Shown here in pieces: positions 25,892-36,690 of a stretch of 64,000 bases of DNA. Position 1 is the first letter of the stretch, and each line of letters opens with the position of its first letter. The stretch is taken from contig OZ024752.1 in NCBI GenBank assembly GCA_964016885.1, positions 21,142,001 to 21,206,000 on the forward strand, in the 5' to 3' direction. This DNA is from Eledone cirrhosa. Taxonomy: Eukaryota. The translations under genes were made by a program, and so were the position numbers. Under the pieces are notes generated by a model. That model had not been told where the DNA came from. It saw only the letters and a program-made list of their open reading frames with translations, and did no database searches.

Positions 25892-26860
25892 TGGGCACAC
25901 CGACAATTCCGCGCAGGACAATTCAGCGCCGACAATTCAGCGCCGACAATTCAGCGCAAGGAAGCAAATACAAGGACAATTGAAGAAAAGGAATAACGAA
26001 ATTAGATTTTGAGTTTAAACATTTTATTGACAGACAATAATTAAAATAAAAGATTTATTGAAATAGCATACTAAAATAAGATATATTTATAGAAATATGA
26101 ATACCAAAAAAATATTTTTATAGAAATATTAATAATAATTTACTTCTGTAGTTCAATTTGGTAACTTAGAGTGCGCAAGTACTCCAACTTATCGGCTCGA
26201 TTTCCATACTCAGTCACTAACGTCGTTATCGCTTTATGAGTCCTTTGATATTTTGCTTGTTTGGAGACATCCTCGTGTCCAGCTCTGGTTCTTAATATCC
26301 TTTTCTCTGTAATATCTTGTTCACGCAAATGTTCAGGTAATACAATATCACTAACATTATCAGGTGCTGGAATTGACTCACCATCTCGTTTTCTACGGCG
26401 CTGAATACTTCGTTGCAATGAAGTATACTTAGGTAGTAAAACTGTTGCTTCATCTGGCAAAGAGACTTGCGCCTCTTGGATCATTCTTCTCGGGACATCA
26501 TTAGATTCACCAGCTCGTTCACGAATGTTTGAAACCATCTGCTTCATCCTTGATACTGCTGGCTGCGGCACATGGGTATGCGTTGTAAATCTTCCCATAA
26601 ACTTTCATTAACATGGATACGACCTTTGCATTTGTCTTCAGTACAACGCCAAGACTCTTCCATTACTAAGTTTTCTATCTAAACGATAGTAGAATCCATT
26701 TAATAAAATGTGCTCCCGTCCTTTCTCTGATAATATCCGCTCCATAGGGCTCGTTTTTTAGTCTTAACTTGGTAAATGTTTATAACCAACTGGATTCCTA
26801 AAAAGGAAGTACCACAAATAATGTGTGTGAAGAACTTTCTCGCTGAATCGCGGTCTTCAA
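25892..26860 (-). mobile_element. Mutator-like (MULE) transposon remnant: FLYWCH finger, internally deleted transposase
   Basis: Minus strand from ATG 26745: MERILSEKGREHILLNGFYYRLDRK-(fs)-SWRCTEDKCKGRIH..HTH; LPKYTSLQRSIQRRR..LPEHLR fused to the C-terminal ..KYQR..LEYLRTLSY; four 14-bp subterminal repeats gacaatt(c)agcgcc at 25902-25956. Confidence 0.75.
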
Positions 26861-26928
26861 ACTGATTTGTATGTGCTGTGTGGTTCTATATAAATGGATT
26901 TGGTGTGTTTGTGGGTGGGTGGGGTTTT

Positions 26929-27035
26929 AATATGTGTAGGAATGGGGGAGTGTTGAAAGCGGTTGGTGGTAGAAGTGAGTTGAGATAGCGAGTGGAAAAT
27001 CCTTTATTCTATTTTCCTACTGAGATACTAACTAC

Positions 27036-27112
<77 letters not shown>

Positions 27113-27387
27113 TTCGTTTTTGGTACTAAAAATTGCTACGGACACATTCTTTTGAACAAAAGAATCCAAGCTTAAGTGACCCAAACAAATTGTACCCCTA
27201 ATGTGCTGCTCACAAACACACCTTCTAAAAACATTCTTCTTGAACAAAAGAATTCTAAAATTGACCAAAACACATCACACCTGCTGTATATATATTTTTT
27301 TCTTTTCCCCCCACCCCACCCCACTCGCTATCTCAAATCACTACTACCACCAACCGCTTTCAACACTCCCCCATTCCTACACATATT
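26929..27387. repeat. About 67-bp inverted repeat (26929-26995 / 27321-27387) around a (CA)n tract
   Basis: aatatgtgtaggaatgggggagtgttgaaagcggttggtggtag...gagtgg and its reverse complement. Confidence 0.85.
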
Positions 27388-27519
27388 TCTCTCAAGAAAA
27401 AACTTTGCTTAAGAATTTCATCTCAAGCTCTCTTTAAAAATTTCAAATTGTAAATCTTTGGATTTTTGAAGAAAATAAATTATTTGGAACCACGAGTGAA
27501 GTCATTCTATTTCCTTTTT

Positions 27520-27601
<82 letters not shown>

Positions 27602-28129
27602 TAAAGTGGTCCTTCATCAGGGATCTTCCAACCATCATCGGTAATACTTCGCTTTAAAGACCATATACCTCCGGTTGGTGCGAGAGCAACGGCTAAAGAA
27701 AGTCGTTGGGACACGTAAATAAAGGGAACAGCGAGAGTGTAAACAAACAAAGATGGGGAAGCAACGAAAAGTGAGGAAGAGCGAGTCAAGTCCAAAAATT
27801 TCTATGAATATAAGTTCGGTGAAATCGTGAACCAGAGAGAATAAAGACCATCAAGCCTGGTTGAAATGTGAGCAAGGAAGGAATTTCGCACAGGTCTAAC
27901 GGGAGGAAGAAGGGGTCTAGTCTGTGAATTCGGTAAACATAAGTTCTGTGAAATCGTAGACGAGAGAGAGAAAAAATACCGACCGGCCTGGCCAAGCGTG
28001 CGAAAGAAAAGAATTACGCACAGGTCAAACGGGAAGAAGGAGGAGGAGGAGAGGTAGTGACAGAGAGTGAGTGAGTGAAGGGTGAGGAAGAGGCTAACAG
28101 AGAGAGTGACTGTTAGAGAGGGTAAAGAT

Positions 28130-28736
28130 ACAGAGAAAGAGGAAGCAGTAAGAACAAAATAGACGGGTCACATTTCGGAACCTTGGCTGCCCACAGACTT
28201 ATTTGTGGAAAAACTGCATGCCTGGACAATATGTAAAGAAAATAAACCGAATACTCTGATGGCTGGATAATCTTTAAGATTTTCCTCGATGAAGCAGGAA
28301 AAATGCAGGTTTTCACCTAATGCAGGCCCTAGGGGATCAAGAAAATGGGTTTTTTTATGTGCAAAATATGCCTTGAAATTTCGGAAAAAACCTTAAAAAG
28401 CTGAAAAAAATGAAGTTTTTCACCTAATGCGGGCCCTAGGCCATAAAAATGTTGGATTTTCTTTGCTCACGGTATGAAGAAGAGACTGACTAATACATTT
28501 TTACAATTTCGGTCTGATGTTGCGCCTAAAAAAACGCCCCTAAAATGCTGAAAAAGCGCAGTTTTTCACCTAATGCGGGCCCTACAGGATAAAAAAGTTG
28601 AATTTTGTATGTGCATAACACTCCCTGAAACATAAGTAATACACATGTAAAGTTTGAAAAATATCGGTTGGGTACTTCTTGAGTTTTAGGGATTCAATCT
28701 CACAAACACACACACACACATAGACAGACATCCTCA

Positions 28737-28742
<6 letters not shown>
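28130..28742 (-). mobile_element. Possible non-autonomous Helitron-like element with internal repeats
   Basis: Minus strand opens tatataaaactgaggatgtctgtctatgtgtgtg..caaccgatatttttcaaacttt, a microsatellite-near-5'-end layout; ttttcacctaatgc(a/g)ggcccta occurs three times (about 28310, 28417, 28563). Confidence 0.4.
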
Positions 28743-28801
<59 letters not shown>

Positions 28802-28804
<3 letters not shown>

Positions 28805-29072
28805 AAAAAATAGAGGTGTAACACACGAGTTGTGATATATTAGTAAAAGGAAAAGAAAATGCTGACAAATTTTTCCCAGATTAGAGCAAACATCACGAGC
28901 GCTCTATCTCAAAATTATTTTTGAAAAGCATTAGAAATGCGCAACCGGTAAAAACTTAAAACTAAAACTGAATACTAACCAATACTGATTACTAATTTAT
29001 ACTTATTCCTAATTAAACTATTTTTCACTGGGAAAAATTTGTCAGCATTTTCTTTTCCTTTTACTAATATAT
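28802..29072. repeat. 45-bp perfect inverted repeat unit in (TA)n (28835-28879 / 29028-29072), left arm with a short tail
   Basis: atatattagtaaaaggaaaagaaaatgctgacaaatttttcccag and its exact reverse complement. Confidence 0.85.
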
Positions 29073-29160
29073 ATATATATATTTATATAAATGAAAGTAT
29101 AGAAATTATTGTGAGCGTGAAGCCAACAGTATTTCATAATATATAAGTGACTATAACGTC

Positions 29161-29375
29161 TTTTATATCTCCATAGTTAATTTATTTGTCAATCAATGTT
29201 TATCACTGACTGACCAACGGTTAAAAATACGGATATAAATATATATATATATAGTCTAACAAAGTTCTTTCGTTACACATCTGTGACATCATCAGTGGTA
29301 CTATTATCATGTTTCCTCCTATTGTATCGTAATGTTTAAGCCATTTTTATTTTATTTATTTATTTATTTATTTTT
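29161..29375 (-). mobile_element. PLE pLTR fragment (57226-60030 family) with HHR motif at about 29258-29299
   Basis: Matches 61715-61925; minus strand acca-CUGAUGA-ugucacagauguguaac-GAAA-GAAC-UU. Confidence 0.75.
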
Positions 29376-30227
29376 AAGGTTCACTTAAGCTAGCAATGCC
29401 TATGGTCAGGTGTCTACAAACACATTCACACATGCACGCATATAAAGCCCTCACTCCCACAGTGAGGAGTGAGGGCTTTATATGCGTGGATACTGTGCCG
29501 ATACAGCTCCGATACTGTGGACATGTGGTTTGAATGTCTGAGGAAAGAATCGCTGGAGAGTCACTCCAGGTAGAGCTGCTACTCATCTGAGTTGAGAGAT
29601 CACAGCTCCCATACTATGGACACGTGGTTAGAATGTCTCAGGACAGATTTTATGGGCAAAACCAACCGCAAGAGACCCAGTGGTAGACCCCGAGCAAGAT
29701 AGTTGGATATCATCTATGAGCTTGGCTGGTCAAGCTTGGAGATCTAGCTGGATCAGTTGGAGATGGTTGCTTCTGAGAGGACCTGCTGGAAGGAGTGTTT
29801 GAGGACTCTGCCCCCACGGCCCTCTCAGGAATAAGTGAGAGAAGATGTGTTTAGGAATGAGATTCATGGGATCATTAATCAGTGTGATCGGCAATAAAGA
29901 AAGAAAGGAAAAAAGAAGAAGATATTGTTGCATTTTGGTAGAGTCATATTTTTTGCCATAAAAAGAGCACAAGCACTGTTCATTCTCACACCTTTTATGT
30001 ATTTCCTCCCTTTTGTTAGTTAATGGTACAAAAATCTTTTTAATACATCTAAGACCCAGTCAACTGTTACATCTTCTGTTGAGGTTACATTCCTTGTTAG
30101 TTCATATGTGTATGTATATATATATGTACATATACGTATGTATATATATGTATATATATGTATATATGTATGTTTATATATGTATGTCCCACCCTTGCAA
30201 GCAGAGAAAAGCGGACGTAAAAAGATG

Positions 30228-30505
30228 TCATCATCATCACCATTTTACGTCCGTTCTTCCACGCTAGCATGGGTTAGACGGGTTGTCCGGTTGTTCTGAG
30301 TTCAAATTCCGCCGATCTCAACTTTGCCTTTCATCCTTTTGGGGTCAAGGAATTAAGTACCAGTCGGCTGAGCATGCCTTGCTCATACGGGAACTGATTC
30401 TGGCTTGATTTCTACAGCTGGATGCCCTTCCTAACACCAACCTCATTTACAGTGAGTACTGGGTGCTTTTTTTGCCGTGGCATCTCCACGACCACTTTGC
30501 AATGG
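30228..30505 (-). mobile_element. RTE-related SINE/LINE 3' segment
   Basis: Matches the 3' UTR at 49520-49796 (gttaggaagggcatccagctgtagaaatcaagcc..cccatgctagcgt..ggacgtaaaa). Confidence 0.75.
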
Positions 30506-30530
30506 AATAATAGGGACCCCAGTCCTATCA

Positions 30531-30672
30531 TCTCATTTCTACAGCTGAGTAAACTGGAGCAATGTGAATTAAAGTGTTTTGCTCAAGGAAACAACACATC
30601 ACCCGGTCTGAGAATTGAACTCACAACCTTTCGATTGCAAGCCCAATGCTCTAACCACTAAGCCATGTGCCT
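30531..30672 (-). mobile_element. tRNA-derived SINE head with CORE-like segment
   Basis: Minus strand tggcttagtggttagag (A box)..gagttcaattc (B box)..ccttgagcaaaacacttta. Confidence 0.7.
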
Positions 30673-30705
30673 TTATATATATGTATGTATATATATATGT
30701 ATGTA

Positions 30706-30743
<38 letters not shown>

Positions 30744-31411
30744 TATTTTTTTCTTTTTTTTTTTACGCGGGGATATAGAAATAATCGGGCTGGATACCCG
30801 ATCGCGCAGTTAAACCACTGGGAGTGAAGGACCCCTAGCCCTTGTCAGAGCATTCTTCTAGGACAAAGGTTCTCAACCCATCTTGGCCAAACGCCCCCTT
30901 TTACCCCTCGAAATCACGAAACGGCCCCCTACCCTATTTTTCCATTTTTCATTATACTACTGATTTTGATATCAGTAGATTACTGGGCCAAATCAAGTTA
31001 TGTTAGAATCTTTAAAAAATACTCGTACGAATTAAATACAAAAAAGTTTCAGTCGAAAACAAAAGCAAACTATTTCAAATTATATATTTTTGAAAAATAG
31101 ACGCGAATGTTCTCAAAGATTTGATCTCAGTCGAAAAAGCTTTTTTTTTAAATACTATATTTCACTGTTAGCTGTTGTAATATTTTGAGTTGATAGATAA
31201 TTCTACAATTGAAACTGTAAAGTCAAAATACAAAAGATGCAAAATATGAAGAATTTCTTACCTTTCTCTGAAATTACAAACTAAGGGGGAAAATAGTACC
31301 TTGCAAAATAAAATACCTCGTAACAAAATAAAATACTTAGTAGCAACAAATGAATTGAGAAGCTTGGTGACAGTGAGAAAGGCATATCTGTATTCCTTAT
31401 ATATATACATA

Positions 31412-32036
31412 GATATATTTCTTTATAAGCCACAAGGGTGCACAAGAAAAGGGGACAATACAAAGACATGCCGGGATTTTACATACAATCGTGTAAAATA
31501 TATAAAAACAAACAATTACAACAATCGAAATCCCCAATAGGGGGGAGGCTCCACAAATGGGTTGTTTAATACCTCGTCGATAGAACAACCCTCAACTCCA
31601 GGAGCGTGTTGTGCAAGTGCTCTTTTCCTTTTGCTCTCTTCTTCAACCTACAGGCTTATAAACAGAGAAGGCCCAATCACTCGAGCCATTTTCGCTTCAT
31701 TCAGCCACCTTTCAGTAAATTTACTGGGGTGCAGTGCCTCTCTCTCCACCCTGATTCTCCTTCTAAAGTGATACTTAAAGAAGGGAATCAATTGTTGTCC
31801 GGAGAGAAAGGCATCTGTCCTCAGTCCTCTCAACCTCGTCCACCATATAACTTATTTCACCATAGCCACCGTACAGAGGAAAACCGCCTCCCTTTCGTTT
31901 TTGAAAGAGGCTGGCGCTTTGATCCTTACTATGGACTCGGCAGTCAACTGGATTTGTCCCATACGCGACAGCAGTTGTTTTGCATAGTTCCACAGGTCGG
32001 TTACGACCGGGAAGTGTACAATTGCGTGCAGGACTA
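31412..32036 (-). mobile_element. L1/Tx1-clade LINE 3' fragment (ORF2 C-terminus + 3' UTR)
   Basis: VLHAIVHFP..DLWNY..AVFLCTVAMVK*VIWWTR..FTERW resembles the post-zinc-knuckle end of Tx1-like ORF2. Confidence 0.65.
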
Positions 32037-32296
32037 TATATACATAGATAGATACACACACACACACACATAAACGCGCGCGCACACACACACACATATA
32101 CATACACACACACACACTTCTGTGTGTGTGTGCCTTGGTTTTGGTACAGAAAGAATTTTGTCTCCAGTTTTTATTGCCAGGTCAAAGGCCACTAATCTTT
32201 TCAACAACGCCAAATAACAACACCATATATATATAAATGAAGAGAGAAAGAGGGAGGGACAGAGAGAGTAAGAAGTGTGTGTGTGTTTGGTACACG

Positions 32297-32368
<72 letters not shown>

Positions 32369-32399
32369 CCTACCTATCTATCTATCTATGTACCTCCAA

Positions 32400-32804
32400 C
32401 AGGGAGCTCAAACATGCGGCCCGCGAACTACTTTTCTATGGCCCGTGATAAAACCAATATTTCATATTGCATTATAACTGGTGAAAATAATGCGGTGAGC
32501 TGGTGGAATCGTTAGCACATCTGGCAAAATGCTTAACGGTACTTCTTCCGTTTTTACGTTCTGAGTTCAAATTCCGCCGATCTCAACTTTGCCTTTCATC
32601 CTTTTGGGGTCAAGGAATTAAGTACCAGTTGTGTACTAGGGTCAATGTAATCAACTGAACCCTAAACCCCAAATTTCATGCCTTGTTCCTATAGTATAAA
32701 TGATTATAACTGGTGAAAATCTTCACCCACCACCACGTTTGGCCCACTGTGCCTCTCCTCCAGGACGTAATGGCCCTTTTGTGTCCTTGAGTTTGAGACC
32801 CCTC
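32400..32804. mobile_element. Small hAT-Charlie MITE interrupted by a SINE
   Basis: Ends cagggagctcaaacatgcggcccgcg / gagtttgagacccctc resemble CAGGGGTCTCAAAC TIRs; TSD not clear. Confidence 0.65.
32489..32702 (+). mobile_element. tRNA-derived SINE with Meta-like central domain; 18-bp TSD
   Basis: TSD attataactggtgaaaat (32471-32488, 32703-32720); B box gagttcaaatt; gcctttcatcctttt.ggggtc..taagtaccag core. Confidence 0.85.
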
Positions 32805-32844
32805 TTCTACACACACAGATACACACACATATATACTTTACTTT

Positions 32845-33083
32845 TTTCTGTCTCTGGACTACGCCCATGCTAGAGCATCACCTTGGTTAGTTATGGGGAC
32901 GTCAACAAACCAACAAGCATTGGTGGGAGGGCAAACACAAACGCAAAGACACACACAGACATATAAACGACGGGCTTCTTTTAGTTTCGGTCTATCAAAT
33001 CCACTCACAGGGCTTTGGTCGGCCCGGGCAGTGGGACTGAACCCGGAAATATGTGGTCGGGAAGCAAACTTCTTGTCACACTG

Positions 33084-33085
<2 letters not shown>
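32845..33085 (-). mobile_element. Degenerate SINE
   Basis: Minus strand aagaagtttgcttccc..gggttcagtcccactgc..gaccaaagccctgtgagtggattt..gaagcccgtcgt; tRNA-like head. Confidence 0.55.
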
Positions 33086-33129
<44 letters not shown>

Positions 33130-33216
33130 GTGTGTGTGTATAATATATATTTTACACACACACCACACACACACACACACACACATATATAAATATATAT
33201 ATATATATATATCTAT

Positions 33217-36200
33217 CTAAGGCGGGTAAAATTCCCGAGATCCATGGACGAGTTCTCTCCAGCGGTCTCTGTCCCTCATTATCGCTGCCATATCCTGCAT
33301 CTCCAACAGACCAGTGTCTGTCCTTAGGGCATCAACATATGTTAACCTTGGTCTTCCTCTTCTAGTGTGTCCATGTAGGGGCTCCCAAAGGAGCACTGAG
33401 TGCAATGTCAACTCTGGATGTCGGTGAGCATGTCCAGCCAACCTCAGTCTTCTCTGTGTCACTTTTGAGCTGACTTTTGGGATGCTCCCATACAGCTCTG
33501 AGTTTTTCATCCTCAGTGTATACTGATTAATGTTCAGAGCCATCCTCAGCATTCTCGTGTAGCACCCATCCACCATCTGAGTGAGTCTCTTGGTCAGTGT
33601 CCAAGTCTCAGACCCATACAGCAGCACAGACTCCACTACAGCAATGAAGAGGCGGATTTTCAGGTCTCCACGAAGGTCCGACTTCCACACCGACCTCAAG
33701 CTGTGACACGCCGCCCAGGCCTTGCTCTTCCTCTCAACCACATCATCTTCCGTATTCCCAATCTTTGCTCCCAAATACAGGAAGTCCTCAACCAATTCCA
33801 GCGGCTTCCCGCCTACATTAGTGATCCCCTCTGGCTTCTCAACATTCTCTACCAGATATTTTGTTTTAGTCTCATTCATTCTCAGCCCCACACTCATCGA
33901 CACAGTCTCAACCTCCCGCATCAAATCCTCTGCCTCCTTCACTGTATTTGTCACCAAAACTATGTCGTCGGCAAATTCAGCATCCGATACCTTTTTCGCC
34001 CCAACTCTCCTGCTCTGAGCCGGTGCTACAGTAAAGCCAGAGTCCTGGTGTTTCTCCAGTGCAAGGCGCATACAATAGTCCACTACGATGATAACAAGGT
34101 AGGGAGCCAATCTATCTCCCTGGAGCACTCCAGCCAGTATCTCAAAGAACTCTGTCATCCCATCAGGTGTAATGACTTGGGCTTTGGTGTTGATGTAGAG
34201 CAGTGATATCAGGTCCAATATCCTCTTGGGGATTCCATAAGCCTGTAAGATCTTCATCAGGCAGTAACGGTCCACAGAATCAAAGGCCTTCCTAAAGTCA
34301 ATGAAAACCATGACCGCAGGAAGGCACTTTGCTCTAGCTCCCTCTAATATCCTCCTCAGCATCAGGATGTGACTGGTGGTTGATCTACCCTCTCCGAAGC
34401 CGTTCTGGTTGTCCCTGAGCTTCTTCTCCATCTCAGGCTGGATCCTGTTAAGAATCATCCTGTTGAGGGTCTTTGCCACAAGTGACGTCAGTGAGATCCC
34501 CCGGTAGTTGTTGGTGTTAGAGAGATCTCCCTTCTTTGGCACTGGGACGATGTTACTGATCCTCCACTGATTCGGGGCAACTCCTTTCTCCAGTGCCCCG
34601 TTACAGAACCCCAGGATGATATCATCAAAATCACACCTCTTCATCACCTCTGATGCCACTCCATCCTCTCCATGAGCCTTGCCCTCCTTGATCTTCTTCT
34701 TGGCTCTCTGAAGCTCCTCTCTGGTGAAGGGCTCTGTCTCAACATCCAGTTCCTCAAACAGCCACCTGATCTCCCCCAGTGCTCTGGGCTGTGGAGGGTG
34801 GCTCTCCTAGTAGGGTCCTAAAATGGTCTAGCCATTTCCTCTTCCTATCCTCGGGCCCCGTTCCCTGGATCTGACTCGAATACCTTTTCTTCCTCCCTGT
34901 GATCTCGTTGATGATCATCCAGCTCTCCTTACATCCAGATCTGTCAACCGCTCTCTCCACACTTCTGATCTTCTCTATCAGTGCCTCCTCTCTGACCTCA
35001 GTGTAAGCGGTACAGAGCTCTTCCCTCATCACCTCCACAGTCTCCATCCTCTCCTCCATAGGATCAGCATAGAATTGGTCCCTGGCAGCTTTCAGGTGTT
35101 CTCTGGCTGCACACACTTTTGGGTTTGCAGAGCTGACGTGCTTCCCTTTGTTCTTTTTCCTCGGCACCAGGGTTTCACTTGCTTTCGCCACTGCATTGGT
35201 GAAGTGCCCGTACCTCCTCGTCACACTCTCCTCAGTCCATCCAATCTCTCTCTCCTCTGACTCTCCACACAGAGCACTAAACCTGTTTCTCACTTCCACT
35301 GTGAACCTCTCCTGTAGCTTATCATCTTCCTTGAAAGCTCCCCAGTCATAGATTGTTCTCCGGGGCTGAGCCTTGATCTTTCTTAAGCTCACGCGGACCT
35401 CACTCATAACAAGCCGGTGGTCACTACCCAGTGTACTGAAATAGCTGTATGGTTCCGTGTTCAGAACACTATTCCGCCACTTTTTCCTCACCAGAATGAA
35501 ATCAATCTGGGACTTGGACAGGTGCATATCTGAGATGTAGGTCCACATCTTCCCCAGATTCTTCCTAAACCTTAGGTTGGTCGCCATCAAGTTCGCCTCC
35601 AGCAGGGTGTCTCTCAGTAGTCTTCCATTTCGGTTGGTGTTGTTATGGAAGTACCAGCAAGGATCTTCACTGCCCTCCTTACTCAGATGTGCATTGAAGT
35701 CCCCCAAAACAAGCAGGATATTGTGTGCCTGAGTGGTGTTGACAGCTCTACACACCTCCTCATGGAACTCCTCGGCATTCACATCACTGTCCCCCTCGGT
35801 TGGACTATAGGCTGAGATGACTGTCAGTCTTGGGTTTCCATTGAAGGTCACCCTCAACACTCGCGGGGAGATAGGCATTATTTCCCTCACCAACAGATTG
35901 GTTTTTGCACTGAACACAAAACCCACTCCTCCTACTGCAGCATTTGTTGTGTTCTTCACTGCCGATGTAGTGATGAGCTGGCTCTTCCTCCCGATCATCA
36001 CACTCCTCACGGGCTCATCGTGTAGAAACCTGTGTTCTTGGATCGCAAGTATCTGTATACCACTCTCCTCGAACAGATGTCCCAACTCCTCTCTCTTCTC
36101 CAGCGTTCGAATAGTCCTAATATTCAAAGTGCCCATTTTGATGGCTCTTCTGCAGGACAAAACTGCATTCTTTATATTTGTCTCAGAGACAGCTGATCCA

Positions 36201-36352
36201 TCATCCACTGGCCCTCTCTGTGGCTCTAAGCCAGCAGAGTCATAACGACCAGGCTGCTCCTTGACAGTGTAATTAGGGGCTCTAACCCTAGTGCTGTTAG
36301 ATCGACTCTCCATATTTCTTTTCAATGGCTGACAATACCTTACAGGCGCCAC
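33217..36352 (-). pseudogene. APE endonuclease-reverse transcriptase polyprotein, one frameshift near 34760-34800
   Basis: GTLNIRTI, AIQEHR, YSPT, GDFNAH, SQIDFIL, GSDH; NYRGISL, FIDFRKAFDSV, GVLQGD, EFADD, LLYGSETW, RGRP. Confidence 0.9.
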
Positions 36353-36527
36353 TCGAATAAGGTAGTTATTTAACCCATAAATGGAGCCCTAACAGGTACT
36401 ACCACCCAGGGCCAGGGCAGACCTGGGAGTCATGACAACTAAGGGGTAACTCCACATTCCCCACATCTCCTGAACTCCCGAACTGGAGCCTTGCCACTGG
36501 ATGTAGTTTAATGTCGTACCCAGGACA
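33217..36527 (-). mobile_element. Near-intact RTE-like LINE (fourth family) inserted in (TA)n
   Basis: APE + RT coding region with a single frameshift; 5' UTR about 36353-36527; (TA)n on both sides. Confidence 0.92.
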
Positions 36528-36622
36528 TATATATATATATATATATATCCTTACACACTTAAATATAAATGCATAGCTATATACATACGTAAATGTATGT
36601 ATATATGTATGTATGTATGTAG

Positions 36623-36687
<65 letters not shown>

Positions 36688-36690
<3 letters not shown>

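Noticed and set aside
25902-25956. 14-bp repeats, and the 34-bp (310-400) and 22-bp (28310-28585) repeats, as CRISPR-like arrays
   Set aside because: No regular unique spacers, no cas genes, eukaryotic context; they are transposon subterminal or minisatellite repeats.
28817-28834. ACUC-GUGU-guu-ACAC four nt past the tail-less end, as another instance of the bulged hairpin
   Set aside because: The closing UY-GAGU strand is missing, so it was not counted.
30531-30672. tRNA gene
   Set aside because: A and B boxes are present, but there is no full cloverleaf and it continues into SINE body sequence.
33703-34206. Antisense ORFs over LINE coding regions (many throughout the window)
   Set aside because: Shadow frames of RT/APE sequence with no independent motifs.
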